DNA of 64,000 bases, taken from the NCBI GenBank assembly GCA_963830575.1, contig CAWHNR010000005.1, positions 22-64,021 of the forward strand. Reading direction: 5' to 3'. How positions within the stretch are numbered: the stretch's first letter is position 1; the number at the start of each line of letters is the position of its first letter. The notes beneath the pieces were generated by a model. The model had not been told where the DNA came from, searched no databases, and saw only the letters and a program-made list of their open reading frames with translations. Position numbers and translations under genes: made by a program. This DNA is from an uncultured Actinomycetota bacterium. GTDB lineage: Bacteria > Actinomycetota > Actinomycetes > Propionibacteriales > Nocardioidaceae. Of this stretch, positions 22,505 through 32,965 are shown piece by piece.

Positions 22505-23125
22505 ATGACGGATCGGACGACTGTGACGCCACTGCTGACGGCCGACTTCGGAATCGAGGCCGGGAGCGGCGGGCGTATGCCCGTCTACGTGCACCTGATC
22601 GACCACGAGGGCACTCGCATCCTCGTGGACACCGGCATCAAGGATCGGCACCCGGCCCTGTTGGACATGGACCCTCGGCTGCGCGCGTGGACAGAAGGAT
22701 TCGAGCTCGCCAGCGTCGACCTCGTGGTCAACACCCATCTGCACGCCGACCACTGCGGCGGGAACCACCTGTTCGCGTCGCGCCCGGTCTACGTCCAGCG
22801 CCGAGAGCTCGACGATGCGCTTTCTCTCGACGACTACACGCTGCGCGAGTGGGTGGAGGCACCGGGCGTCCGCTACACGGCGGTCGACGGCGAGACCGAG
22901 GTCGTGCCCGGCATCAGGCTCCTGCCCGCACCCGGACACACCGCCGGCTCGCAGATCGTGGTCGTCGACAGCGGCGAACAACGCCTCGTCATCGCCGGCG
23001 ACACCGCCGTGTGGTTCGGTGAGCTCGACGAACCAACTACCGAGGGTCAGAGGCTCATCACGACGCTATGTCCCGACGCGGTGTGGCTCTCGCACGAGCA
23101 CCTTCCCTGGAAGCCCTCGACCTAG
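22505..23125 (+). CDS. MBL-fold metallo-hydrolase (N-acyl homoserine lactonase-like)
   Basis: ILVDTG, THLHADHCGGN, PGHTAGSQ, IAGD, LSH. Confidence 0.85.
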   Translation: MTDRTTVTPLLTADFGIEAGSGGRMPVYVHLIDHEGTRILVDTGIKDRHPALLDMDPRLRAWTEGFELASVDLVVNTHLHADHCGGNHLFASRPVYVQRRELDDALSLDDYTLREWVEAPGVRYTAVDGETEVVPGIRLLPAPGHTAGSQIVVVDSGEQRLVIAGDTAVWFGELDEPTTEGQRLITTLCPDAVWLSHEHLPWKPST

Positions 23126-23216
23126 GCCGCGCCACCGCCAGACGACGCAGGCCTGGCGCTCAGCTTCGCGCCGCTGGGAAGAACCCAGCTTCGAGTGCCG
23201 TCAACGGTGAGCTCAC

Positions 23217-24193
23217 CTAGGCCGAAGGGTCCGACGGGCGCTCGCCGACGCGGTCGGACACGCCGCGTTCGAGCACGGCCGTCGCACCGGCCAGCATGTC
23301 GGGGCCGGGGCCGACGAAGTAGCCACGGGTCCCGAGGACTTGGTACGAATCGGGGTCGAGGACCAACACGTTGCGCATGGTCCGGTCGGCCCGCGAGATG
23401 CCGATGCCGTGCCGGCCGAGGGCGTCGGTCGCGCTGTGGTCGACGGTGACGCCCGGGATGCGGGTGGCGGCCTCGAAGAGGGCGGCGGCCACGCGGGGGG
23501 GCACGAGACCCTCGCTCACGAGATCGCGGATGCTCGTGAAGACGTACTGGTCGCGGTCGAGGTCGGCGGAGCCGAGGAGGGGGATGCTGCTCTCGATCTC
23601 GGTGAGCAGGTCGTCGGGGTCGGTGGGTAGCGACTGCAGCCACTCGTACGTCGGCCGGCCCAGCCCCACGGGCGAGGGCGACCCGGACCCGATCGGCCAG
23701 TCCTGCCCGAACTCGCGGATCACTCCGGTCTCCTCGACGGGGTGCGGGTCCTGCGACAGCCAGAGCCGCGCTCGTGTGGGGCCCCGAGGGTCGGGGCGTC
23801 GCCGTAGGCGCCCTCGTTGGAGACCACGCGGCTGCGCGTGTAGACGTACTGGTCGGCACCGACGACGTGGGTCTCTCCGGACACGAGCGCCGCCTGCGAC
23901 GCATGGTGGAGGACCTCGACCGCTGCGGGCGCTGCGACCACCGGGCGGGACCGGTCGACCGGGGCGCCCGGACCTCCGACGGCGAGGGCGCACCAGCCGA
24001 CGACGGCGAGCACGGACGCCGTCACCACCGCCGGGCCGGCGAGATGGAGGCCACGCTCGCGGCGTCGTACGACGGCGGCCTCGCGGCTCAGGGCGCCGGC
24101 GAGCGCCGCGTCGATGCGCCGCTGCTCTGCGTGGGTCGGCGCGGACGTCGGCGGGGCGGGCAGCAGCGAGGAGATGTCGTGGGCGTCGGTCAT
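23217..24193 (-). CDS. CU044_5270-family membrane-anchored protein (putative anti-sigma partner), frameshifted
   Basis: Single TM then DQYVYTRS, LQSLPTDPDDLL, AALFEAATRIPGV, TDALGRHGIGI; ATG overlaps the ECF sigma stop. Confidence 0.7.
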
Positions 24194-24774
24194 CGGAGTG
24201 CCTCTCGGGAGGGGGCGGGGTCGTCGGACGTCAGAGCGCGCAGGCGCGCCCGGGCACGGGCCAGGCGGGAGCGCACGGTGCCGACGGGGATGTCGAGTGC
24301 GTCGGCGGCCTCGGCGTAGGACAGGCCCGACCAGACGCACAGGCCCACCACCTCGGCCTCAGCGCGGGTCAGGGACCTCAGCGCCTCCTGGGTGCGCCGC
24401 AGCAGGCGGGCGTCGTCCATGCGCGCCACGGTCTCGTCGGCGAAGTCCTCCACCGGGGTGGGCCCGGGGCGCCGGGACAGGAAGGTGAGTCGGCGTCGCA
24501 CTCCCCGGGTGGCGTTCATCGACTGGCGTGCGGTGATCCCGAGCAGCCACGGCAGCAGCGGCCGCTCGTCGGCATCGACCTCGGCGCGCGCCCGCCAGGC
24601 GACCAGGAACGTCTCGGCGGTCACCTCCTCGGCGAGCTCGCGGCTTCCGGTGAGGCGGTGGGCCAGTGCGAACACGGCCCCGACGTGGTCGCGGTAGAGG
24701 CCGGTGAAGGCCTCGTGGTCGCCGGTCCGCATCCGCTCGCGGAGGCGCAGGCGATCGTCAGGTTCGGTGCTCAC
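24190..24774 (-). CDS. ECF RNA polymerase sigma-70 factor
   Basis: GDHEAFTGLYRDH, AEEVTAETFLVAWR, PWLLGI, LSYAEAADALDIPVGTVRSRLARAR. Confidence 0.9.
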   Translation of the reverse strand: MSTEPDDRLRLRERMRTGDHEAFTGLYRDHVGAVFALAHRLTGSRELAEEVTAETFLVAWRARAEVDADERPLLPWLLGITARQSMNATRGVRRRLTFLSRRPGPTPVEDFADETVARMDDARLLRRTQEALRSLTRAEAEVVGLCVWSGLSYAEAADALDIPVGTVRSRLARARARLRALTSDDPAPSREALR

Positions 24775-25001
24775 ACCCAGTACTGTCCGCGAGCCGCGGG
24801 GAGTTCGGCCGGACGGGCCGCCGATCTCACGCCGAGGTGGTGACGGCCCGCGCGGCGGCGCCCAATCGGAGCCATCGTGGTGGCCATCGCGTCGGGCATC
24901 CGGACCGCGGGATCGTTGCAGCGGCAACAGGGGAGGATCGTCCCCTCCTGACGCGGACGATCCTCCACTGTTCGTTGCCCGCTCCATGCGGCGCCTGGTG
25001 T

Positions 25002-25989
25002 CTACGCGGACGCGCGACTTGTCGGCTCGGCCTGGCGCACGGCCCGGGACCGCTCCCAGGCCGAGGCGACGACCATGACGACGAGGGCCAGCAGCGCGCC
25101 CGCGATCTCGTCGACGACGTAGTGCTCGGCGAGGTAGACGAGGGCGACGCACATGGACAAGGGGTAGGCGAGCAGCAGCCAGCGCCACGGCGTACGCAGC
25201 CGCCAGATTCCGTACGCCGCCACGAGCACGGCCGTGCCGGCATGCAAGGACGGCATGGCTGCGACCGGGTTGCCGACGCCGTTGAGCACCACGTTGGCGC
25301 GGTGGAGGCCGCTTCCCCCACCCACGGGAGGTGATCCGGACGACGTGCTCGTCCGCCCCGAGGTAGCCGTCGGCGGAGGCCATCCACGGCGGGGCCATCG
25401 GGTAGAGGACGTAGATGGCGAGACCGGCGAAGTTGAGGCCGATGTAGCGCCGCATCCAGACCAGCCACTCGCTGCGGTTACGAGCCCAGAGGAACACGGC
25501 AAGCGTGAGCCCCACGACGAAGTGCGTCGCGTAGACCGACGTGAAGAACGTGTCGTACCAGCGCACCGGCGTCTGCAGCGTGCACGGGTCGCCGCACCAC
25601 GCGTGCTGCAGGGTCGCGCTCGGCAGGGTGTCGCCGAACAGCCAGTGGTCGACGTCGATCGGCATCGTCCAGTGCACCGTGATGTCGAACTCGTCGATCC
25701 AGCCGCGACTGTAGAAGTACACCGCGAGCAGCAGTGCCGGGGCCAACCAGTCGCGCAGGAATCTCAGGTGGTGACGCCCCGGCGCCTCGATGTTCCAGGC
25801 GATCGTCAGCAGCCACAGGGTGATCAGCACGGCCCACGGATCGTTGGGAATGCCGATGGAGCTCGACCACGCGACCAGCAGGACGACCCATGCAGCCACT
25901 GCTGCCAACCGGGCTTGCCGCCGCGTGCGACGGGGCGGCGGTCCGGACGGCTCGCGACTGGCGTGGGGGGCCGTAGGCGCAGTCGTCAC
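25002..25989 (-). CDS. PAP2-family membrane phosphoesterase/phosphotransferase (Aur1/IPC-synthase-like)
   Basis: YVLYPMAPPWM, NPVAAMPSLHAG, EHYVVD; frameshift near 25315. Confidence 0.82.
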
Positions 25990-26135
25990 CGGTGAACGGT
26001 AGACGCATCCTCAAGGGTGAAGCCAGCAGGTCGGCCGCGTGGCGGAGTCTGGGTCGCGGACCGGTGAGAGTGGTGCGGGTGGCAGGGATCGCGGCAGCAG
26101 GCACTCCCGCCGAGGTCGCCGGCGGTCAGGCGCAG

Positions 26136-26885
26136 CTAGGAACGTCGCACCGTCGCAGTGAAGCTCGTCGACCCGGCGGCCGCCGCCCTACCGCTGTCGT
26201 CGTCGATCATGCTGACGACGTCGAGACCAGCCGCGTCGAACAGATGACGCATCGATGTCGGCGTCTGCCAGTGGATGAGCCACTCCCGGTCGGCCACCTC
26301 CGATGCGCCGTCGGTGACTCGCTCGTACCGAGCCGAGGTGATGCGGGTCCGCTGATCCTTGTCGTAGGTCTCGGACAGCGGCGTGTACCTGAGCTCGACG
26401 CCCGCCTCGTCCTGGCTCGATCGAGGCTTTCCCAGCTCGGACTCAGATGTCGGCCCCGGGACCCAGAGAGGGATGAGGGCGGCACCGTCACCGGTGAGGT
26501 GCTCACCGATCCTCATCAACGACTGCAGGGCCGTTGCGTCGTCGGGCAGCAGGTTGAAGGTGGGCCCAGCGAAGTAGATCGCGGCGTACTTCCGGCTCAG
26601 CGACAGGGCCTCGGCGCGCTGGTGGAACACGGTGGTCCGTACCCCGCGTTGGTGGGCGTTGCGACGACACCGCCTCACCATGTCGAGCGAGGAGTCGACC
26701 CCGTCCACCTCGAGTCCAGCTGCGCACAGGTCGAGCAGCGGCTCGCCGTCACCGCAGCCGATCTCGAGGCCAGGCGAGCCGTGGGCCCGGACGAACTGGA
26801 TGTACGGCTCGGGGTCGAAGGCCGACGCCTTCAGCGTGGCGTAGACGTCGACGACGATGCCGGAGTAGAAGTTCGCAGGCTCCAC
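26136..26885 (-). CDS. Class I SAM-dependent methyltransferase
   Basis: LEIGCGDGEP, GVDSSLDM, PTFNLL. Confidence 0.85.
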   Translation of the reverse strand: MEPANFYSGIVVDVYATLKASAFDPEPYIQFVRAHGSPGLEIGCGDGEPLLDLCAAGLEVDGVDSSLDMVRRCRRNAHQRGVRTTVFHQRAEALSLSRKYAAIYFAGPTFNLLPDDATALQSLMRIGEHLTGDGAALIPLWVPGPTSESELGKPRSSQDEAGVELRYTPLSETYDKDQRTRITSARYERVTDGASEVADREWLIHWQTPTSMRHLFDAAGLDVVSMIDDDSGRAAAAGSTSFTATVRRS

Positions 26886-27020
26886 GCCCGCCACCCTCGC
26901 AGGAAGGCTGCATCGCCGCCCCGTCGGTGTCGTGTGAGCGCGCACGTCCGTGCCTGGGGCACCGCGTGACCGGTGGTCACGTGAGGCCCGGCAGCGTGAG
27001 CTCCTCGACGCCTCCCGGGT

Positions 27021-27712
27021 CTAGGTCAGGCCGTGCTCGTGGGCGAAGACCACGATCTGCACCCGGTCGCGCAGGCCCAGCTTGCGCAGGATCGCGCCGA
27101 CGTGGGTCTTGACCGTCGACTCCGAGAGGTAGACCAGGGCCGCGACCTCGGTGTTGGAGAGGCCGCGGGCGACGGCGGCGAAGACCTCGCGCTCCTTGTC
27201 GGTGAGGCCGAGGTAGGCGGCCGGGGTCGGGGTCGGGGCGGTGAAGCTGCCGTCGAGCAGGGTCGCGAGGTCGGCGGGGGCGAGGACGGCGTTGCCGGCG
27301 TGGACGGTGCGGATCGCGTCGCGCAGCATGCACCGGGGTCGTGTCCTTGAGCAGGAAGCCGCTGGCGCCGTGGCGGATCGCGGTGGCGGCGCGGTCGTCG
27401 AGGTTGAAGGTCGTGAGGACGACGACCCGCACCGGTGGTCGCGCCCGCCGCCGAGCGCTTCGCCACCCGGTCGGGGCTGAAGATCTGCCGCGTCGCCTCG
27501 ACGCCGTCCATCTCGGGCATGCGGATGTCCATCAGCACCACGTCGGGGGCGAGGTCGTCGACCAGGCGCACGGCCTCGGCGCCGTCGCCGGCGGTGCCGA
27601 CGACCTCCATGCCGTCCTGGGCGTCGACGATGACGCGGACGCCCTCGCGGAAGAGGTCCTGGTCGTCGACGAGGAGCACCCGGATCGGGGGCACCGACGG
27701 CACGCGGGTCAC
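27021..27712 (-). CDS. NarL/LuxR-family response regulator
   Basis: VLLVDDQ, DVVLMDIRMP, LTTF, GFLLKD, LSESTVKTHVGAILRKLGLRDRVQ. Confidence 0.9.
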
Positions 27713-28954
27713 CGGTTGCTCACCGGCAGCCACGCGGTCACGGTGAAGGTCACGCCCTCATCCTCCTCCCGGCGCCGCACGTCGAGCCGGCCACCCGCCG
27801 ACTCGAGCCGGTGGCGCATGCCGTCGAGACCCTGGCCGTGCGTCGGCGGACGCGCGACGCGCCGACGGTGTTGCGGACCTCGATCCGCAGCTCGCCGGCG
27901 AAGGAGCCGTCGGGCCAGTGCCGCTCGACGAACACCGGCTCGTCGCGGCTGCCGTGCTTGACGGCGTTGGTGAGCATCTCCTGCAGCACGCGGTAGGCGA
28001 CGACCTCGAGCTCGGGCGGCAGCGGCTGCGGCGTGCCGAGCTCGCGCGAGACGACCTCGTGGCCGCCGGCGCGGACGCCGTCGACGAGGGTGTCGAGCGG
28101 GCGCGGCGGGGTCGGGGCGGCGCCGTGCCGGGTCGCGGGAGAGCACCTGGCGCACGTCCTGCAGCGAGGCGCGGGCCGAGGTGGCGATCGTCGCCATGGT
28201 CTGCCTTGAGCCGGGCCGGGTCGTCGTCGGGCAGGAACTGGGCCGACTCGGCCTGGGCCAGGATCACGGCGAGGGAGTGGCCGACGACGTCGTGGACGTC
28301 GCGGGCGAGCCGGGCCTGGTCGTCGCGCAGCCGGGCGATCTCGCGGGCCTGCTCGGTCTCGCGCACCGCGCCGCGCGGTCTCCTCCTCGGCGACGACCTG
28401 CGAGGCCTGCGAGGTCTCGGGCCCGGGCGCCGAAGCGCAGCGCCAGCCCGCCGAGCCACGGCACGGCGAGCAGCACCAGCGGCACGGCCGCCAGCACCAC
28501 GACGACCCGGCCGCCGCCGACCTCGAGGGCCAGGTCGTAGAGGTCGCGGACCCGGTCGGGGTCGGCGAAGGGGAAGTAGGAGTAGCTGGCGACGAGGACG
28601 ACGACCCGCGGCCGAGGCGACCGGGGATCGAGATGCCGCTCGCCACCACCGTCGGCGACCCGGCCCCAGCGGGCGCAGCCGAAGGCGACCACGGCGACGG
28701 CCGCCTCGATCAGCATCACGGGGGTGTTGCTGAACAGCTGCACCAGCGCCGACGAGCCAGACGAGCGCGAGCGCCATGGCCGGCGTCCGGCGGACGACGA
28801 CCGCGGCGGTCACCATGCCGGCCGCGATGACCAACGGCCACCACACCGAGCCGACCGGGTCGAGGCGGACGAGCTCGACGAGGGCCGACGCGCCGAGCAC
28901 GACGCCGACGACGACCTCGAACGCCCGGGGGTCGGGCTCGCTGTGCGTGCTCAT
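27709..28954 (-). CDS. HisKA_3 sensor histidine kinase
   Basis: N-terminal TMs, LARDVHDVVGHSLAVI, YRVLQEMLTNAVKHG, GQGLDGMRHRLE. Confidence 0.88.
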
Positions 28955-29006
28955 GCCACCGTCATCGAACCATGCGGCCGCTGGTGCGCCGGGCCGCGCG
29001 GGGCCG

Positions 29007-29963
29007 TCACGCCATCGCGTCCTGCACGAGCAGGTCGAGCAGCGCGGCGTAGGACAGGCCGGCGGCGGCGAACATCCTGGGCACCTGCGACTGCTCGGTG
29101 AAGCCGGGCATGGTGTTGACCTCGTTGAGCACCGGCCCGTCGGCGGTGACGAAGAAGTCGACGCGCGCGACGCCGTCGCACCCGAGGGCGTCGTAGACGG
29201 CGACGGCGGCGTCCTCGAGCGTCCTTGGCTCGGCCTCGGCGAGGGCGGCCGGGACGCGGAAGTCGGCGCCGCCGCCGTACTTCTCCTCGTAGCCGAACAC
29301 GCCGCCGGCGGCCGTGACGATCTCGAGCGTCGGCGAGACGAGGTCCGGGTGCCGTCGGGCCGGCCGAGCACGGCGACGTCGACCTCGCGGCCGACGAGCA
29401 CGTCCTCGACGAGCACCCGGTCGTCGAGCGGCGAACGCCGCGGCCAGGGCGGCGTCGAGGTCGTCGGCGTCGGCGCACGAGGGTCGACGCCGTGGCTCGA
29501 CCCGGCGGCCACCGGCTTGACGACCACCGGGTGGGTCCAGGCGTAGCCGGCCGGTGGCCGGGGTGAGCAGCACCCCGGGCGCGGTGGCGACGCCGACGGC
29601 GCCGGCGACGAGCTTCGTCGTCCACTTGTCCATCGCCAGCGCGCCGGCGCGGACGCCGGAGCCGACGTACGGGAGGCCGGCCAGGTCGCACAGCGCGGCC
29701 AGGGTGCCGTCCTCGCCGCGCGGGCCGTGGACGACGGGTAGGACGACGTCGCAGCGACGCAGCAGGCACACGGCGCCGGTCGAGCCCGACCGGTCGCCCG
29801 CCCGGGTCGTGCCAGGTGCCGTCGCGGTCGATGGTGAGGCGGACGACGTCGTAGCGGCGCGGGGTCGAGCGCCGCGGCGACCGAGGCGGCCGAGGCGAGC
29901 GAGACGTCGTGCTCGCAGCTGGCGCCGCCGCCGATGACGGCCACCCGGGTGCGCGGCCGTCAT
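29007..29963 (-). CDS. D-alanine--D-alanine (D-Ala-D-X) ligase
   Basis: GGGASCEHDVS, HGPRGEDG, AMDK, KPVAAGSSHGV, FGYEEKY, ARVDFF, NEVNTMPGFT. Confidence 0.9.
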   Translation of the reverse strand: MTAAHPGGRHRRRRQLRARRLARLGRLGRRGARPRAATTSSASPSTATAPGTTRAGDRSGSTGAVCLLRRCDVVLPVVHGPRGEDGTLAALCDLAGLPYVGSGVRAGALAMDKWTTKLVAGAVGVATAPGVLLTPATGRLRLDPPGGRQAGGRRVEPRRRPSCADADDLDAALAAAFAARRPGARRGRARRPRGRRRRARPARRHPDLVSPTLEIVTAAGGVFGYEEKYGGGADFRVPAALAEAEPRTLEDAAVAVYDALGCDGVARVDFFVTADGPVLNEVNTMPGFTEQSQVPRMFAAAGLSYAALLDLLVQDAMA

Positions 29964-31088
29964 GCGCGGGCCACCCGTGCGCCGAGGCCGGTGACGATGT
30001 CGTGCTCGATCGTGCCGGCCCAGGCCGCCCACTCGGCGACGGTGGGCTCGCCGGCGCGGCCGGGGCCGAACACGGTCGCGGTCTCGCCCGGCTCGACCCG
30101 GTCGTCGCCGAGGTCGACGACGACCTGGTCCATCGAGACCCGGCCGACGAGCGGGTAGCGGCGTCCGCGCACGACGACCTCGGCCCGGCCGGCGGCGGCG
30201 CGCGGCAGCCCGTCGGCGTACCCCAGCGGCAGCAGGGCGAGCGTCGTCGGCCGCGTCGGTGCGCGTGGTCGTGGCCGTAGCCGACGGAGGCGCCGGCGCT
30301 CACGCGACGGACGGCCGACGACGGGCGCGGTCAGCGTGAGGGCCGGCGCGAGGCGGGTCGTCCGGCTCGGGTCGATGCCGACGAGGCCCGCGCCGACCCG
30401 GCTCATCGTGTGCAGGGACGCGGGGTCGGTCAGCGTGGCGGCGGTCGCCGCGAGGTGACGCAGCGGCGGACGCAGGCCGGCGGCGCGGGCGACGCCGACG
30501 CCCCAGGCGAAGGTGGTGCGGCCGGCGGCGTTGGCCGGGTCGCCGGGCACGTCGGCGCAGCCGAGGTGGCCCATCACGCCGACGACGCGGATCCGCCCGG
30601 CGCGCTCGCGCGGCCCGGGCGGCACGGCACAGCGCCGGCCAGTCGGACGGGGCCGCGCCGTCGCGCGCCATGCCGGTGTCGAGGTGCAGGTGGACGCGCG
30701 CGCCGACCCCGCTGCGCAGGACGGCGTCGAGGTGGGCCGGCGCTCGGGACGGCGACGTCGACGCCCGACGCCGATGGCCGCCGTCCAGTCGGCGTCGACG
30801 GGGTTGAGCCAGCTCAGCACCGGCGCGCGCCAGGCCGGCACCGCGCAGGGCGAGGCGCCTCGCGAGGCTGGTCACGCCGAGCCAGGAGGCGCCGTGGGCC
30901 AGCGCGGTGCGGGCGACGGCCGCCGCGCCGTGGCCGAAGCCGTCGGCCTTGACCACCGCCATCAGCGCGCCGGGCGTGCGCTCGGCGAAGAGGCGGGTGT
31001 TGGCCGCGACGGCGTCGAGGTCGACGCTGAGCCGGGGGCCGGCCGCCGGCCGCGAGGCGGCCACGGCCGTGCTCGCCGCGTGGCTCAC
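29960..31088 (-). CDS. alr: Alanine racemase family PLP enzyme
   Basis: MAVVKADGFGHGA, HLHLDTGMARDG, SVGYG, LGYADG, GRVSMDQ; stop/start overlaps with both neighbours. Confidence 0.88.
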
Positions 31089-31713
31089 GCCGCCACCTCG
31101 CCCGCGGCGACGGGGCCGTAGAGGGCGTGCGGCGGCGCCGGTCAGCAGCGCCCAGTAGCGGTCGCCGTAGGACCAGTGCCACCACTCGGTCGGGTAGTTG
31201 ACCAGGCCCGCGCCGCCGAGCACCCCGGCGAGCAGCGTGCGGTGGGCGCGGGCGTCGGCGCCGATGCCGTCGGCGGCGAACCAGCACCGGCCGTCGCTCT
31301 GCTCGGGGGTCGCGTCGATCGGCGTGCCGAGGTCGAGCTCGTCGCCGCAGGCGTCGACCAGGGTCAGGTCGACGGCGGCGCCGGCGACGTGGGGCGCGAC
31401 GTCGACCGGCGCGACGAACCGGCTGGTGAGCACGGCCAGCTCGGGCTCGGACAGCGCGGGGTGCAGGGCCCGCAGGTCGGTGGCGTACCAGGCGATGATC
31501 GCGCGCTGGTCGGCGACGGAGCGGTGGCCCTCGACGACGCGCAGGCCGACGCCGGCGGGCAGGGCGGCGCGCGGCGGCCTCGAGCCGGCGGGCGAGGCCG
31601 GCCCGGACCGGCTGGCGGGTGGGGGAGAGGGCGGGGTCGAGCCGCACCAGCGGCTCGCCGAGGTCGTGCACGGGCACCGCGGCGACGCGCGGGTCGGCGA
31701 GGAGGATCGTCAT
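31085..31713 (-). CDS. M15 D-Ala-D-Ala dipeptidase (VanX/DdpX-like)
   Basis: VVEGHRS, APHVAGAAVDLTL, NYPTEWWHWSYGD. Confidence 0.85.
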
Positions 31714-31720
31714 GCTGCTG

Positions 31721-31786
31721 ACGCTAGGGACGACCGGGGGTGCCGCAGATCCGCCTGAGGTGCCGACGGGTTCGCCTCAGGTACCG
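31721..31786 (-). promoter_or_regulatory. Leaderless promoter (-10 TAGCGT) with 14-bp imperfect direct repeats at a 21-bp period
   Basis: CGCCTGAGGTGCCG at 31752 and CGCCTCAGGTACCG at 31773; -10 at 31726-31721, 7 nt before ATG 31713. Confidence 0.5.
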
Positions 31787-31814
31787 CCGTCGGTCGCGGC
31801 ACCGTCGACCGCCG

Positions 31815-32242
31815 TCAGCCGTTGTCCGTCACCCGTCCCCGGAGCGCCTTGGTCCGGCCGCGCTGCTTCTTCGTCTCGACCCGGCGGCGCTGGGAGCCCT
31901 TGGTCGGCTTGGTCGCGCGGCGGGCCGGCGGGGGAGGGGCGAGGGCGGTGCGCAGCCGGTCGGCGAGCCGCTCCCGGGCGGCGACGCGGTTGCGGTGCTG
32001 CGAGCGGTGCTCGGAGGCGACGACGACGATCGGCGAGCCAGGCGTCCCACGACCCGCGCCCGCTGGGCGTCGGTCAGCGCCGAGTCGAGGTCATCACGTC
32101 GTACTCGAGCTCGACCCGGCTGTCGGTCGTGTTGACCGACTGCCCGCCCGGCCCGGAGGAGCGGCTGAACCGCTCGACGAGCTCGACCGCCGGGATCGAC
32201 CCCGTGAGCGACCCCGAGACGACGAGGCCTCCAGTCGGCCAC
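31815..32242 (-). CDS. arfB: Alternative ribosome rescue peptidyl-tRNA hydrolase
   Basis: ELVERFSRSSGPGGQSVNTTDSRVEL, ASEHRSQHRNR, basic RRATKPTKGSQRRR tail. Confidence 0.88.
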
Positions 32243-32651
32243 GCACGCCACTCGATGGCGGGGCAGGTGTCCATCACCATCGGGACGCCGGCCGCGACGG
32301 TGCGCGCGAACGCCGCCTCGTCGACCACCCCGAGCTGGAACCAGACCGCCCGGGCGCCGATGGCGACGGCCTGGTCGGCGAACTCGCCGGCCGCCTCCGA
32401 GCGGCGGAACACGTCGACGACGTCGACGGGGAACGGGATGTCGGCCAGGGTCGGGTAGCCCTGCTCGCCGAGCACGGTCGGCGCCGTCGGGGTTGACCGG
32501 GACGACCGCTTGCCCCGCTGCTGCAGGAGGCGCGGCGATCGAGTAGGCCGTGCGGTCGCTGGTTGGCGGTGAGTCCCACCACGGCCCAGGTCTCGCACTC
32601 CTCGAGCATGAAGCGCACCGACTCGGGGTCCTGCCAACCGGGGAGCGTCAT
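32230..32651 (-). CDS. CoA-binding protein (YccU-like)
   Basis: TWAVVGL, PFPVDVVDVFRRS, AVWFQLGV, VMDTCPAIEW. Confidence 0.85.
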
Positions 32652-32965
32652 GCCTCGAACCTACCCACCCGCCAGGCACGGTGACCGTGGACCAGACCGG
32701 AGTCCACCCCACGCATGGCGGGTGCGGGTGGGGGTACGTCAGGAGCGAGCCGCCGAGATCCCCCCACTCGGCGGCTCGACGTCGTGCACCACTGGTCTGG
32801 ACCGGGTGTCCAGTCCGGCCGGACTGATTCCGATGTATACGTACCGACACCTGTCGAGATGTGGCAACATCTGGCACACCGTGACAGATGGGTCGCGTGG
32901 GACACCCTCGCGCGGACCGACACCGTCGCCGGCGTCGTACGGAACCAGTTCTGGAAGGTGCTCTC

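Noticed and set aside
24190-25989. 599-aa PAP2-ECF sigma fusion
   Set aside because: The middle of the ORF is out-of-frame or intergenic sequence after an indel near 25315; these are two separate genes.
31815-32651. CoA-binding protein-ArfB fusion
   Set aside because: The in-frame join lies in an error-rich stretch; both are normally separate genes and a plausible GTG start sits at 32242.
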